DNA of 55,076 nucleotides, filler included, from Basidioascus undulatus (Eukaryota): assembly GCA_000826855.1 (NCBI GenBank). It is 4 parts of 4 records of this genome, joined end to end, with 100 filler letters (N's around TTAATTAATTAA, not from the genome) between each part and the next. Parts side by side here need not be neighbours in the genome. Positions count along the whole stretch, not along the records: positions 1 to 13,724 come from JTLS01000790.1; 3 more parts are not named here. The stretch is one strand, 5' to 3'. Below, piece by piece: positions 1 through 13,066 of this stretch. The notes beneath the pieces are model-generated. The model was not told the DNA's origin. It saw only the letters and a list, made by a program, of their open reading frames with translations, and did not search any database. Within the stretch, counting starts at the first letter, position 1. Each line of letters opens with the position of its first letter. The translations under genes and the position numbers were made by a program.

Positions 1-499
1 GCCAATGGAGGTGTCTGTCAGGGCTGGGGGGAGGTACATGAGGATGTCTGTGAAGAGGGATGGAGGGGATGGATGTGCATTTTGCATGGTGTGTTATACG
101 AGGGCGAGGTTTTCTCGGATTGAGAGGGTGTGGTGTGCGGGCTGTGTTGAGGATTGGCTGGTTGTGAAGAGTGGGATCTCCATAGGAGATCGTTCGTTGC
201 ATGCACGGCTTCAGCAGCTTGGTAGCTCAGAGCAGATTTCCTTCGCAACAATAGGTATCGCAGCTCAGTCACACTTTTTGTATGTCCTATTCCCGCCTTC
301 GAGTCTCTCAATCTTTACAATTTCTGCAGACCTTCCCCCCCGGCCTTGAGCGCTCATCTCTTCGAACCTGCCCCCAACCGAGCCGACTGGTCCGCAAGCT
401 TTCCACACGTCCGAAGACGCAGTCACTTCAGGCTGCACGGTCTGCACGCTGATGTACTTTTCGTCTTTGTCGGAACCCTGGACGGGATTTCTGACGGCG

Positions 500-2567
500 T
501 CATGGGGAGGCACTGCTCAGGTACTGCCTGTTAGAAATCCTGTGGGTAGGTGGGTTGGTGCGGTGAGGTGCGAACCTGTGCGTGGCTGGTTCGGGAGATA
601 GAGGAGTCTGAGGGACAGGTTTGTCAAGTAAGTTTAGGAAGTGTGCTCCGGGCAGGACTTTTCATGGTGCCTTACGTGAAGGGACGGAGGCACCTTTGGG
701 GGAGAAAGCGGAGAAAGCTGCTGAGCGACAGGGGGGCAACGAACCAAAAACTGCATAACCAACCATGTTGCCCAGAAGAGCGGAAATCAAGGACTTCCAG
801 ATGTAGTATCTGTGCGGAGATGGTAACGTCGAGCTTCTTGCCATCCGATGGAGCATTTGCGCAGGCAGGAATATGTGCCCCGCAGAGATGTCGGCACCGA
901 GCATCATCCCGACTGGGACTGGCAAGAGAGATATCAGTAAACAACCAATGTACATGTTAGCCACGACGTCTGCCATCTCTGCACCATCAGTTTCTCTGCC
1001 CATTGGGAGGAGACCAGATGACTGACGGTCGAAACCCTTCGCTACGGCTCTTGTGCGGGAAGACAACCAGTCAATTATCTTTGATACTTTGCTTAGAAGT
1101 CAAAGCCTTACACGTCCAGATAGGCATATGCACCGCCAATATCTTGCTCGCCGTCTCGCGCGCCGAGACGCTTTGCCAGACTGCCAAGCAGACCAGGACC
1201 CGATCGCTCGGAGGAAACTTCCGTACGCCTCCATGCTCAGCCACATGGTCTGTAAGGTTGAGGGAAAGACCAGGGGTACTCACATCTGGTGCCATTGGGG
1301 AGTGACGGCCTTCGATACAGCGGCTGCTGCAACTCCTTCGGCATACTCACCACTGCGAGCGACCGCTCGTGACAAGCTTTAGCGTGTGCTATGAGGGTGT
1401 AGCTCACTGGAATATGTCGTTACTGCGTAGGAGGAGTTTGAGCGTGAACAGGAGGACATTAAGTTTTGTTTCGGCTTACATATGACCAGAATCGCAGCGT
1501 AGAACAGGGACCCAACCAAGTTTCACCAGAACACGACAAACCACTGCGAACTCCGCGATTCCATAAGCTGACAGGGGAGGGTAAACAATGTGGCACGTTG
1601 GAAAGAAGGCCCCAGAACGGCACGCGCCCTTTCACGACAGCCATCTGCATACGACAGCCATCTGCAACTCCGATATTGAGTGCTGACAGGTGGGGCGAAG
1701 TGTTGAAGGCTCATTGGGAGGCTCTGGTTACGCCACCAGAATACTAGTGTTTTTGTGCCTGATTATCTTTAGTGGTGCCTGGATAAAGACTCCAAGAAGG
1801 ACGCACCATCATGTTCGATGTCAGAAGCTCTTTGGCCGGTAAGTACGATCATCTAGTAACCTACGCTCAGCGACGGAAGATCCAGAGCAGGACCTGTATG
1901 ACCAATGCTCACGATCGGGCCCAACGGAAAGACGAAGGCAGCAATAACCTAGCGAGTATAAAGCTCAACTGCATGTCCTTCTATATACATTGAAGAGCTC
2001 ACCTTGAGCAGGCCCGGGTTCGTCTGCTTCAGCTCAGGCGAGCCGCATGCGATTAATTACCGGAGATTCAGATGCGAACGTCAGTTTCGACCACCCAGAT
2101 TCCACAACTTCGGCCCACCTGATAGAAGACCGCTCCGAGGGACAAAAACAGTCCAGCCAGCACGGCCTTGACGAACGTCGCAACCACGCCTTGAGCATGC
2201 TTTGCTACTGCCGAGCGCACGACTGCCTCGGCCGTGAGCTGGGACGTCAACGCGTCTGAGGGGGATGGCAATGGAGATGGTCGTCCTGTCGCTGGCGTGG
2301 AATACAGGAGGCTGGTTCGTAATGGGTAGAACGGATTTTGGGCGGAGGGTAGGGAAGTGAAAGTTAGGCATCCCTCTACCAGCAAAAGATCTGAACAGAA
2401 AGTGAAATGAGAGAAGGCTGAAAGGCTGTAGCTGCAAGCACAGTTAGTACTCGGACGATGCGGCCTTCTACCTGACCTCCCCCGCTGCTTATCGTACAAT
2501 CATGTGCACAACGTGTCCTGCGCACGCCGTAACCCGGAGGTGGATAAGAAGATGGTTCCGAGCTCAT
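500..2567 (-). pseudogene. Formate/nitrite transporter (FNT family), multi-exon, disrupted
   Basis: Spliced segments read DALTSQLTAEAVVRSAVAKH..TFVKAVLAGLFLSLG, SPELKQTNPGLLK, AFVFPLG, MIVLTGQ/ELLTSNMM, MAVVKGRVPFWGLLSN, WFVVFW*NLVGSLFYA, LVCLAVWQSVSARETASKILAVHMPIWT, GFD(H)VVANM and KSLISALLGNMVG, all typical FNT motifs. There is an in-frame TGA at 1523-1525 where Gly of G-N-x-x-G is expected, and one extra base at 1831-1833 in LTGQELLTSN. The 3' end is approximate. Confidence 0.85.
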
Positions 2568-2679
2568 GCAACTACTGCCCTGCGCCCACCTCGCGCACCT
2601 CGTTCACATTCCGTGCACTCGTGATCAGTCTTGCATGCGTCCCGTTCGAGGTTCGGGTTGAGTAGGAATACAGGATTTC

Positions 2680-5089
2680 CAGAAGAGTCCTGATGCAATT
2701 TCTGTGATCGTTCCTAAACATGAAATGTGAGGCAAAGTGAATATACGGCAGTTGACAGCATTGGGCGGGCAGTGTACTAAAAACAGTGCATGAGTGTTAT
2801 GCGATAACCTCCTAAAGGTGCAGTGGATGCGTTCAGGGTTGCGCCGAAAAGAATAGAAGACGGGGGCAGACCTGGGTGACGAAGGGCCCAATAAACGCGC
2901 TGGTTTATTGAAGATGCTGAATGCCTGTATAGAATATTGATTGAGCGAGGTAGCCCTCATACTGGTCAAAGTTGGACGCACCGCAAACCACAAGTACTCT
3001 TTTTCTCGAGGGCAGATCTCCGACATCATGATGGAAGAATAGGAGTAGTAGGGGCAGCTGGGAGAAAGAGGGAGTCATCAGATTTCAGGCCAGCACTGCA
3101 CCAGAAAATTGGTGGCACTCACACAAGGAATCCGTAGAACGCCTAATAGGCATAGATCTCTCACATCTTGCGAAGCCAAAGTCTGCAAAAACGCTTCAGC
3201 TGTCAGTACCAGTACCACCAAAGAAGTGGAGTTGATGGATTGACGTACTCTCAGTGCACCACCCAATCATTCCCCAAGCGGGGAGCAAGACGATGAAGGT
3301 GTTGGAGAGTTGGAAGGCCGTCTTCGTGTGTCAGCCCAGCCGCTGCTGGACTTGCCAGAAGGCGTACATCCCAATGACTTGCCTGTAATGTGATAGGGAT
3401 GGTCAGTTCCTCAGCACTTGTAAAGTTTCAGAACTGAAGAGTCAAGTACGCGGCGGCGGAAATCATCTGAAAGTAGATCTGCAGAAGTGCAGCAACGTAA
3501 ACTCCGATCCGGCCAAGAAATAGACATCACGAACCAACTTCGTGTTGTTGAAGAACACGATATCATCGGTGGGTGGAGTCAGTGAACGCGCCTTCACAAC
3601 GAGGGCTCGCATGAACTTGCGGTGTTCAGAGCGTCGCTGACCCAACCGGAATGCGTTAGTGGCATATATGAAGGTTCGAAAGGTCCAATGGCTTACCCAA
3701 GCAGGAAGTAAACAAACAAATACAGAGCCGTCTGGTTGAGGATGGGGAAGCTCTTCACTGCGTGAAGGACTTGTTTGCAGCCGATAGTAAGGTAGTTTGG
3801 CACCGGGCGGAAGGCGTTGCGTGGTGCGCCGCTGCTCACCGAAAACCCACGGGAGGGCAAAGACGAGCCACCATGCTCCAGTGAAGGCAATGACAGGCGA
3901 GATGCCCCAGTTGCTGCCAAGAAGTTGGTTACTCCGGGGGTCTACCGCCAGGCTGAAATGCAACTCACTCCTGCACAGTGGAACCGTCGGCGTGGATGGC
4001 TTTACAATGCCGAGGCCGATGCAGCAGGCCACAAAGAGTCCTGAATCAGTTTTAGTTGGAATGCATGATGAAAAGAAGCTCAAGCTTCAAACCTACCCAT
4101 GTGGCAGATGGCCTGTCTTGGGTTGAGGAAAAATGCAGAAAGGTGATCGAGCGACAGAGGCTCTGAAAACGTACGAAGGACATATCAGAGATGCGGTTAC
4201 AGTGGTAGGAGTGCAGGTCATGGTGCTCTCCTCTCCCTAATTTCACCCTCGAGAAGCCGCTTGTGGGATGCCTTAACGTCTGGCAGATCGCGAGCCAGTT
4301 CTGGGAGTGAGGTTCACCGTCATTACTTTCACCGTGGCTTAAAGTAGCGACTTTTGAAAGTTACCACGAGGAAACTGAACAAGAGTATTAGGTGTCAACC
4401 AAGCTCATCCGTAGCAACAGAAAGGACAACGTACTGCCGCGCTCCAGAACTTTACACAAGCCCTGTAAATCACCGAGAATCATTTGAGAACCTTTTGCCA
4501 CGATTAGGAAAGGAAATAGGCGCTGGTATGCGCAGGAACAATGAGGTACAGACCAAAAGCCACCAGCCACTTGTCCGGTGTATTGCACACCCAAGAAGCC
4601 AAACGACAGCCCCCACCCGAGTACGGAGAAGAAGACGGTGATCATTGGCCGCCTGAACAGTCCGAGTTAGCCAATGGCCGTGATCAGGAATGGACTAGAG
4701 CCTATACGTACCACGAGCCGTAATCGGCAAGACTCCCGAAGGAAAGGAAGAGGATCGACTGGATCGCGAACGAAAGGCCGGACGCGATGAGAACGGCTGA
4801 GGGATTTCTACGTCAGAGACAGGGTCTACAGACACGCAGCATCGTGGTTGCTCACCCGCAGTTTCCAACGTATTAGCTGCACTCAGTATGTAAGAAAGCA
4901 GTTACGCTGGAAGTGAGGAGAACCGACTCAGGAGTAGTAGACCAGATCTCCTTGTTCGTCGTTGTCACTCCCGTACCAGACTCCGCTACCGCCCGCACAT
5001 TGTAGGCCGGCAGCTACCCCTGCCTGCTCGTATCCTATATCGCGGGCCTCACTCCTTCCTTACGCTGAGTCCGCAGCCTTCAGATCCAT
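2680..5089 (-). pseudogene. Atg22-like MFS transporter, disrupted
   Basis: Segments TTNKEIWS/YY, RRPMITVFFSVLGWGLSFGFLGV, VIAFTGAWWLVFALPW..QRLPPGA/NYLTIGCKQV..LNQTALYLFVYFLLG and AFSIFNK..LLGP resemble the Atg22 family. TAA ten codons after the putative ATG, in-frame TAA at 4667-4669, frameshifts near 4940 and 3796-3798. Ends approximate. Confidence 0.75.
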
Positions 5090-5588
5090 AATTGACGTCT
5101 ACAACAACTCAAGTGCAGTGATATTGCCGTTCAAAGACTAGTTTCGGTCTCCCGGCTTGGCAATGACCTGGGAATCAAGCCGGTCGTCCGCGACCGTGAC
5201 GACTGCACTGCTCTTGCCCACTCGCTTCGACTGCTCGAGCGTGCCTGCGAAAGAATCAACGCAAAGATCCCGCCAAATTCTTAGACAAATTTAGTTGCCA
5301 GTTCGAACTGACGGTGTACACATGTTCAAGCAGGAAGCGCATGCCGCCTTCTGCATTCTGGTCAGGGAAGGCACCGTTTTTCCTTCGATTCCTTCCCTCG
5401 CTCGGCGAATATCACAACACCGACATGAAAGGAATCACGCTAAGCCAGAGATGGGTGGGTTCCGACTTTGTGCGGCAGGACAGTCAAGTATATCAATCAT
5501 CGGTATCTCAACCATCCTCATCCTTCATTCGCGTCTCAATTGTCCTTCTCTCAGTCAAAACCCTCCATTCCCATCAGGGCCCAGCCCT

Positions 5589-7580
5589 TCAAGCAGTCTG
5601 CTCCCTCTGGCCGCTGTACGCGCACCCGCCACTCGCATCAGCATCCGTCTCCCTCCTTCCCTCAAGGTTCAAAAGAGGCAAGACTCACTAAGCCCGGGTG
5701 GCATACACGCCGTCCTTGACGATCAAGTTCTCCGGGCGGATCGCCTTGCCCGTCAGGTACTGCTCGAGGATCTCGCGCGTGCCGGCCGCGTAGCGCGCTT
5801 GCGCGTCGAGAGTGGTGCCAGAGTCTGCGGGCAAGAGAGCAGTAGGAATAAGTGAGAAGTTTGGGGTGCAGTGGGGGGGAGGAGGGGGAGGTGAGGAAGA
5901 CGGACAGTGCGGGGTCATCGCGCTCCCGCCGCCGATGGGGTTCTGCAGCGTGCGCCAGGGGTGGTCCTTCGGCGCGGGCTGTTGGGGAGGTGTGGGTAAG
6001 CGACGTGTTCTTTGGTAGTGGGGAAGAGGAGCGGAACTCGCCTGGACGTTCCAGACGTCACCGCCGTAGCCGGAAACCTGGCCAGAGGCAACGGCCTCCT
6101 TGACGGCTGAGACAAGGGACCGAGGAACGAAATGTCAGCGATACGTTCGCCTGCCGGATGAAAGTATGGGATCGCCGCACCGTCCGCGTTAACAATCGCT
6201 CCACGAGCAGTGTTGATGATCCACTATCATTCCCAAACCCCTCCTGTCAGGCAAGAAACTTCAAAGGGAAAACCGCGAGTCGTAAGCAACATACCGCCCC
6301 CTTTTTGACCTTCCCAATGTTGTCCTTGTTGATCAAGTTGCGCGTCTTCTCATGCAAGGGCGCATTAACAGTGATTACGTCCGCCTGGCTGAGTAAATCG
6401 TCGAGGTCGTCGACCTTGCGTGCGCCGACCTTGGCCTCCGCCTCGCGCGGCAGCGGGGCGTAGTCGAAGTACAGGAGCTCTTTGCAGTCGAAGGGAACCT
6501 GCGCTCCACGCTATCAATCTGCTGTTATACTTGCCAGAACAAAGGAAGGGAAGATCAACACACCAGACGCTCCAGCACGCGGTATCCGATCCGGCCGGCA
6601 CCAATCGTCGCGACCACCTTGTTCTCGAGGTCGAACGCGCCGCGCGCGATATGCGCGACGTTCCAGTTGCCGTTGACGATCTGCTCATGCCTGTGTGAGG
6701 GGACAGTACCACGTAAGTTGAGCACACAGCCCAGAGGGCGGGGATGCGGAGCAATACGCCGAACGCAGGGACGAAGTTCCGGACGAGCTCAAGGATGGTG
6801 AGGATGACGTGCTAGAAATTGGTAGGACAGGTTCACTTATGTTCACAAGCTATCTCGGGGAAGCCACAATCCTCACTCACCTCCGCGACAGAGACGACGT
6901 TGGAGCCCGACACTTCCGCGACGATGACCTTATGCTCGTTCGCAGCGTTCAGATCAATCTTTCCGAATTAAGGATTCAGCTGAAGCACAGGGGAGTGATA
7001 CGAGATAGAGACGGACGTGGTCAGAGCCCTGGTTGCGGAGTCGAAGCGTCAGCTCATGCTTCAAGGGCGAGAAGGACGAGACAGAGCGTACGACACCGGC
7101 GGTGATGGCGATCTTGAGGTTCTTCGCCTTCTGGAGGATCTCACGCGTAGCGTAGCCGGGGTGGAAGGGGGTGGTAATCAAGACGTCGGCCTGATTAATT
7201 GAGGAAGGAACGGTGAGCAGTGCCGTGTAGAGGTCCCGTCAAGGGCAACGAGAGACGCACATCGCAATCTCCTTCTCGAACACGTTCCCGGGCCCGTCCT
7301 TCGAGTCGGTAACAACGTACTCGTGGCCCTGGCTCTCGAGCCAGTCGCGCAGGCCGAGCTGGTTCTCAATAGTACCGAGGAGGCGGGGCCTGTCCGTCCA
7401 GACATCGTCAGCCTCCCCAGGTGGCCGAGAAGCACTGGATGCTGCTCACTCCTCCTTGGCGGCCTGCCCGCCCTTGTAAAGGACCGCGAGGACCTTGATG
7501 TCGTTCTTGGGGGTCGAGGAGAACGCGCGAGCGGCAGTGCCGGCGCGGGGGAGGATGCGGGTCGAGGCGCGGGATAACAT
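5589..7580 (-). CDS. FDH1: NAD-dependent formate dehydrogenase with N-terminal mitochondrial-type presequence (multi-exon)
   Basis: Spliced product [136 protein letters not shown]. Catalytic motifs are present and no lesion was seen. Confidence 0.95.
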
Positions 7581-9124
7581 GGTGGGTACTATGGCGGTGG
7601 GTATAAAAGTCTAGTGCCTTGAAAGTGGAAGTTGGATCGGGTATGGGTTCAAGAAGCGGTTCAAGGAGGAGGAGTTGATAAAGGTCGTGGACGGTGGTCC
7701 ATATTGCGGGGGGGATGTGCGTCGTGATGTGATCATCTGCCCGCAACGGTCGGGACAGACCGCCCCCAACGGTGGAGGCCCCCTTGTTACGGTCCTGAAT
7801 ATGTTCATATGGGCTGCCGTCGGGTTGGAGCAAGACGGATGCGCGAGCACGTTGGACTTCGCGAAGTCGATGATTGAGGGCTGACGGTCGGGTGCGCCGG
7901 CCCGGCGCTCGATCAGACCCCAATCGCCCACAGATTGCATCACTTCGCAGCACGGCCGTCTGAGCGATAAGCGCGCTGTCTCGTACGCGTTGCTTTGCCT
8001 CCGTTCTTTCTTTTCTTCCACCGCCCAAGTTGCTCCCGAAGCCTGCGCTTTCTAGCGAGCCTCGTGCCAGGAGGAACAGGAGCTACGGGCGGAGATTGAC
8101 AGGGGAACACACGGGAAGAAAACTACGGAGAGGACTAAACGACGCTTTCCGGCTGCGGTACGCTTCGCCCGTGAAGTCTTTTGCGGCCCACTTGGCCCTT
8201 GGGATCCTCGCTCGCAGCTGTCCTGGACGGCCGGTGGTATTTACAGCTGTTACGATGTGGGGGGAGCTTGAGGCTCTTTGTTGAACATCAATACCTCCGC
8301 CGCGACTTAGTAAAATAGACTGGAAGGTAAGCGAGCTCTTGCCGAGGTCCAGTTGTTAGAGCAGTCATGGTTTCTTCTTCTTTCTTGGCCGGGCATGCTC
8401 TGGGAACGAAGTCCTCGGGGCCTGTTGCTGCAATAAGGACCGCATCCACAGTAGAACGTCAGTGCAGGAAGTAATGCCTTGTCTAGGCAGGGGTGATCTC
8501 TTGCTCAGCTTTCATGTCCACCTCCCGTATTGCGGTTCATGTACCAGTATGAATATGTTCAAATTCGTTAATGTAACATCGGCCAGATGTAGAGGTGAGC
8601 GATTTGCAGCGTTTCGGCAGAGGAAAAGATCCGGCGATCCATTCGACAGTCACATCTCTACGAAACGTCCTCCCAGCCTAGTGCCGAAAGCCTGGATATC
8701 GCATAAAGTTGTGAATGCAAATGATTACTAGGTATGCGCGAGTAGTCCATGGTGCCTCAAACCCCCAGACGCAGGCACCCCTCTACGCAGCTGCACATCC
8801 TCCTCGGAAAAGGTGTTTTTCATTGTTCAGGACGAACTGATGTGCCGCTGCGCCGTCAAATTTGATATATGATACGCAGGCCGTACGCGACCGTATCACA
8901 CAGGCCGATAGCGATATACAGTCGCGTCAAAGTCTCAACATCACTGGAAATATTACAACAAGCAATACCACCACCACAACCGAACAACGAAACCCCTCCT
9001 TGCCGACCGCGTCCCAGCCGATCTTCCCAACCACCACCAAACGAACCCCTCACGCCAGAAACAGCTATAAAGAACCTCCCTCCCTCCCCCTTTCCTCCCC
9101 ATTTCCTCCCCCCTGAGCTCACGA

Positions 9125-10778
9125 TCAGTCGACCTTCTGCCTCTTCTCCGCCCCCTTCCCCTCCTCCCCCTGCAGCGCATACTCCGCGCTCCGCTTCTCG
9201 CCCACGACCGCGTCGGCTGAGTCCTGCGCACTCTGCGTCTGTGGCTGCGTCTGCGGCAGCTGCTCTCCCTCCTCTGTTGCGGGCGCGGCGGCGGCGGTGC
9301 CAGGCTCCTTCCACCCCGCCTCCCACGCGCGATCGCGCCACCGGGCCGCCTCGATTCGCCAGCCCTCCGACTCGCGCTTCAGGTCCGCGTGCGCGTTGTC
9401 CATGAGGAGCTTTTCGAGGGTCCACTGCGGCGATGAATCTTCATGTTAGACTTTTGTTGTGATGAGGGAAGGGACGAGGGACGGGCAGGGAGGTACGAGA
9501 CGGACCTTCTCGATGTTGCTCGCCTCGTTCGCCTTGAGCTGCCGGATATACTCCGCCGCGCGCGCGAGAATCTGGCCCTTGTTCTTGTCACTGCCGGGGA
9601 CGATTCGCGCGAGTGCGTTGATGCCCTCGTTGATCGTCTCCCTGCGCCGGCGCTCGACCTCTTTCTGTTCATCCATCACATCCCTCGTCCATAAGCAACA
9701 CGCCTGCTTTCCTCAGGACCGGACAGAGCGGACACACGTGGTTGTCCTTCCTCGTCCGATTCCACTCCTCGTCCGTCGGCTCTGGCCCGCCGTCCTCGCC
9801 CGCCTGGCTCTTGCGCCCCCGCCGGCTGCGCGCCGGCGCGGGCGGTGGCGTCGCGGTCGCGTCCTGCGCGTGCGCGTGCGCGGCTTGGTCATCGCCGCCC
9901 AAGAGCTGCGCGTCGGTCGGCCGCGGGAAGGATGGGCTCGGGAAGATCGGGTCGCCGGACGCGCTGGAGGCGGCGGTGGGGAAGGTGGGGTGGTCCAGCG
10001 GTCTGTGAGGAGAAGGTGAGATGGAGACGAAGCGTTACTTGGGGGAGACGGACGCACGGAGAGCGGTGATGAGAGGTCGGACTGGTGTGCGTCAGCCCGA
10101 GAGAGTGGAGAGCATTACTGAATTGCAGGCTGTTGAACGCATCATGATAGAGGGTATCAGTGCATGGACGAAGGGGAAAGGGTACGCGATTGGAGGGGCG
10201 AGATGAGGTGTCGATTTGAGCAAGGCAGGATTTTCGCCGTGCCCAACGACGAGGACAACAGTCCACCACGCAGTGTCTGCGGTCGCCGCCAGCGACGTCA
10301 ACGACAATCACTTCGACGCTATCGGGGACGTCGTCGATCCCGTGCCCGCCGACGCCGACTTTCACGCGCCAAACGCCCCATCCCACACGTGACTGGCCCG
10401 ATTGTCGATAAAACCCGCCCAGAGCAAGGACGCGTCCCTCATCTCCACCCAGTACCTCCCGAGGTGCCCAGCCGCACGGGACGCACCCTGCGGAGTTGAG
10501 TAGGCCGGGGGGGAGGAGGTGGTTCGACTTGTTAGAGCTGCTCGAGCTGTTGCCGCTGCTTTTGCCGCTGCCGCCGCCGTTGAGCGGGGGGAGGCTGACG
10601 CCCTATTAAGCCGGGGGAAGGGGGGTCTGAGCGAGTTCGAAACACGACTGGGTATGACCGCGCAGGCGCGTACCTGGCCCGACGCGAGCGCCTGCAGCGC
10701 CGCCGCCGAGGATGCGGCGCTCGCAGAGACGCCGTGGGAGGCGGTCGCGCGCTCGTGAAGCTCGGGCAGACTCGACAT
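9125..10778 (-). CDS. CBF1: bHLH transcription factor, Cbf1 (centromere/promoter factor)-like
   Basis: EEWNRTRKDNH|KEVERRRRETINEGINALARIVPGSDKNKGQILARAAEYIRQLKANEASNIEK|WTLEKLLMD is the Cbf1-type bHLH-zipper. Upstream exons (MSSLPEL..ALASGQ|GVSLPPLNGG..NSAG) join in frame across a 484-nt intron at 10003-10486. Confidence 0.85.
10386..10393 (-). promoter_or_regulatory. Perfect Cbf1/CDEI-type E-box GTCACGTG inside the long intron of the Cbf1-like gene
   Basis: The + strand has CACGTGAC at 10386-10393, which is GTCACGTG on the - strand and matches the RTCACRTG consensus of yeast Cbf1. Function is inferred only. Confidence 0.35.
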
Positions 10779-13066
10779 CGATTCGTCTGACGATGGTCCT
10801 GATAGAGTGCGCCCTCAGTCAGGCTGTGGTGTGTATGCTGATGAATTGTGCGCGCACGTTGTTGGCAATGGGGAGAACGAGGCGGGCAACGGCGCGAATG
10901 GCTGCCTGAATCGATTGGTGAGGTGATTAGGTAGACGTCTCTCCCCCAATCCAAACCCCGTGACCAGAATGGGTTAGGTAGGAGATGGTCGTTTCGCAGT
11001 TGCCCTTTTCACCTCCCTTTGGTGTGTTATGACAGTATTTCATAAGTTCATAATTTTGCAGGAATGATGACTGTGGGTATGAGGAAAGGGACGAGAAAGT
11101 GACCTGACAGTCCCAACCATGCGAGGGTAAGCAGTGCTGTCGCTGCAGCTCACTGCCTCGGCTTTCAACGGCCAGGACATCGCTCAACGATAATATAAAA
11201 TAAACATGGATGGAGAGCTTCTGACCATAAATAAAACATTTCAAGTACAACGGCCCATGCGGCAACGTGAGCCTGACCGCCAATACATACATACCAAACA
11301 GCGCTCTCGATCGATCGGTTCAATCCCGCCAGAAGCCTGGTCGTGAGTAAAGCGAACAGAAGAAGAGAGTTATGCCACTCATCTGTGCTCCCAAAGGAGA
11401 AGCAACAGGCATTACCTGACAGTCGGCTTTTGCGGTTGGCACTCACGAGTGAGAGTGCCGTGGAACGACCAAGGGTGACAGTCTTCAGGATGAGGTGTAT
11501 TGGGAGGATTTCGTTATAATTTAAAACTAACGAAGGTCTCCGGGGCCCACGCGGTAAAATGTAAGTGCTCTGAGATCCAACTTCGTACCGACTACCGACT
11601 CCCGCACATTGGTTGTCATAACACTTGGTTCGGTGGACCTGCATCCCAAAGTGGGAAAAAGCTTAGTCGTCTACCCTGCTGGGCTCAAGATGTCTCTCTA
11701 TCTCAGAGTACACAATGTTTTCGAGGCCTGACTAATCACGCTGCGGCAGCGACGACGCAGTCTCGTATTCTTGGTCTTGTGAAGGGCGGGACATACTGAA
11801 CCTATAGGCTACCCGATTATAAGTTCCACATTTCCTCCTTATACATATTTTTTCGTATGGGAACTGATGTGCCCACAGCACAGGAACACCACGACACGCC
11901 CACACACACGACTGCCAGGCTCTCGTTACCTGCGTTGCGAATCACCTATCTGCCCCGCTAGAAAGGGAGCAATTACAAGTAATCAAGGATCCCCCTGTTC
12001 GGGCAGGTTGAGTAATGATGTGGTAAACCGGCGGGAGACGTATGTGAGCCTGCAGGAATGGCGAAGATGGGTGCGACGCAAGCCAGCGTCGCTACTTTGG
12101 AATTGACATACAGCACACACAGTAAGCAGAAGGAAGAAACAGACAGGAACACAAAGGTCAGTAGCCTGTGCGCTCCAGAGAACGCATGGGGTGGGAGGAA
12201 TGGCGATGCTCCGCGCAATGGGCAGCTGTGCCCCCATGAACCGCGGCGACGAGGAGCTGGCGCTTAGCCTGACCCCTGGGTGAACCGAGGCTCAGCGAAA
12301 GCAGGGGTGTTCACAATCGCCTCAGTGCTTACCATGGAAGCAAAATTGTCTTGGGCGATCTCCATCATGGACCTCGGAGTACCGCGAGATCTTTGTCTTC
12401 TTCCCCGACGCACTCTGCTCGCCGTCGCTCCGAGTTGTGCTGTCCGCGCTTCGAGGAAGAACGTGTAGAAGGAGACATATTAGGGTAGTTTGCCCGCCTG
12501 TGAGTACTTGGGAGCGCTAGCAGCAAAGGGCGAGAAGTTGAGGAAAAACGTGGCGGCGGAGGACAAGCGGGCGTCCCCGACGTGGCCCTCCTTGGGTCGA
12601 GGCCGTGACCCGCCGCGCTGAGAAAGGGCGCCCACAAGCACATATCCGCAGAATCAGACTATACTGTAAGGGTATATAGGAAACTTTCAAGGAAAATGTT
12701 TCGTGTTCGTTCGCTGGCACCCCAGGCGAACAAGACTTCGACTGCCCATTGTCATGTCCAGGTGCTGCAGGCGGCTTTGGCCTGCGGGACTCGCATGACA
12801 GAACCCGCCGAGTACTTCTATACAATGTCCTCAAATTTCTTTCCTGTACCGTAATCCCTGTCGAGGCGCACAGCGCACTGCAGTGAGTAGACGGCCCGAT
12901 GCAGCCTGCTTTCAGCCCGATGTCGCGCGACCTTTCTTGACCTTTGACCGCCACCATCTTCTATCGCACCTTCGCCGCGCCATATTCACAGCGGTACATT
13001 TCTCCAAATCTATAAACTCAATCATCCTGTGAATACTCTTTATTCAACGCCAGAACCCCCCTGACT

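Noticed and set aside
1523..1525. In-frame TGA in FNT as selenocysteine, readthrough, an alternative genetic code or RNA editing
   Set aside because: The aligned residue is Gly (GGA>TGA), the gene also has a frameshift, and intact genes here use TGA as a normal stop.
11310..11335. GGTTCAATCCC resembling a tRNA T-loop
   Set aside because: No full T-stem, acceptor stem or cloverleaf.
10950..12950. Splice-like signals and short protein-like stretches between the Cbf1-like gene and the next gene
   Set aside because: No consistent exon chain or family motif could be built. It may be an older gene remnant but is unsupported.
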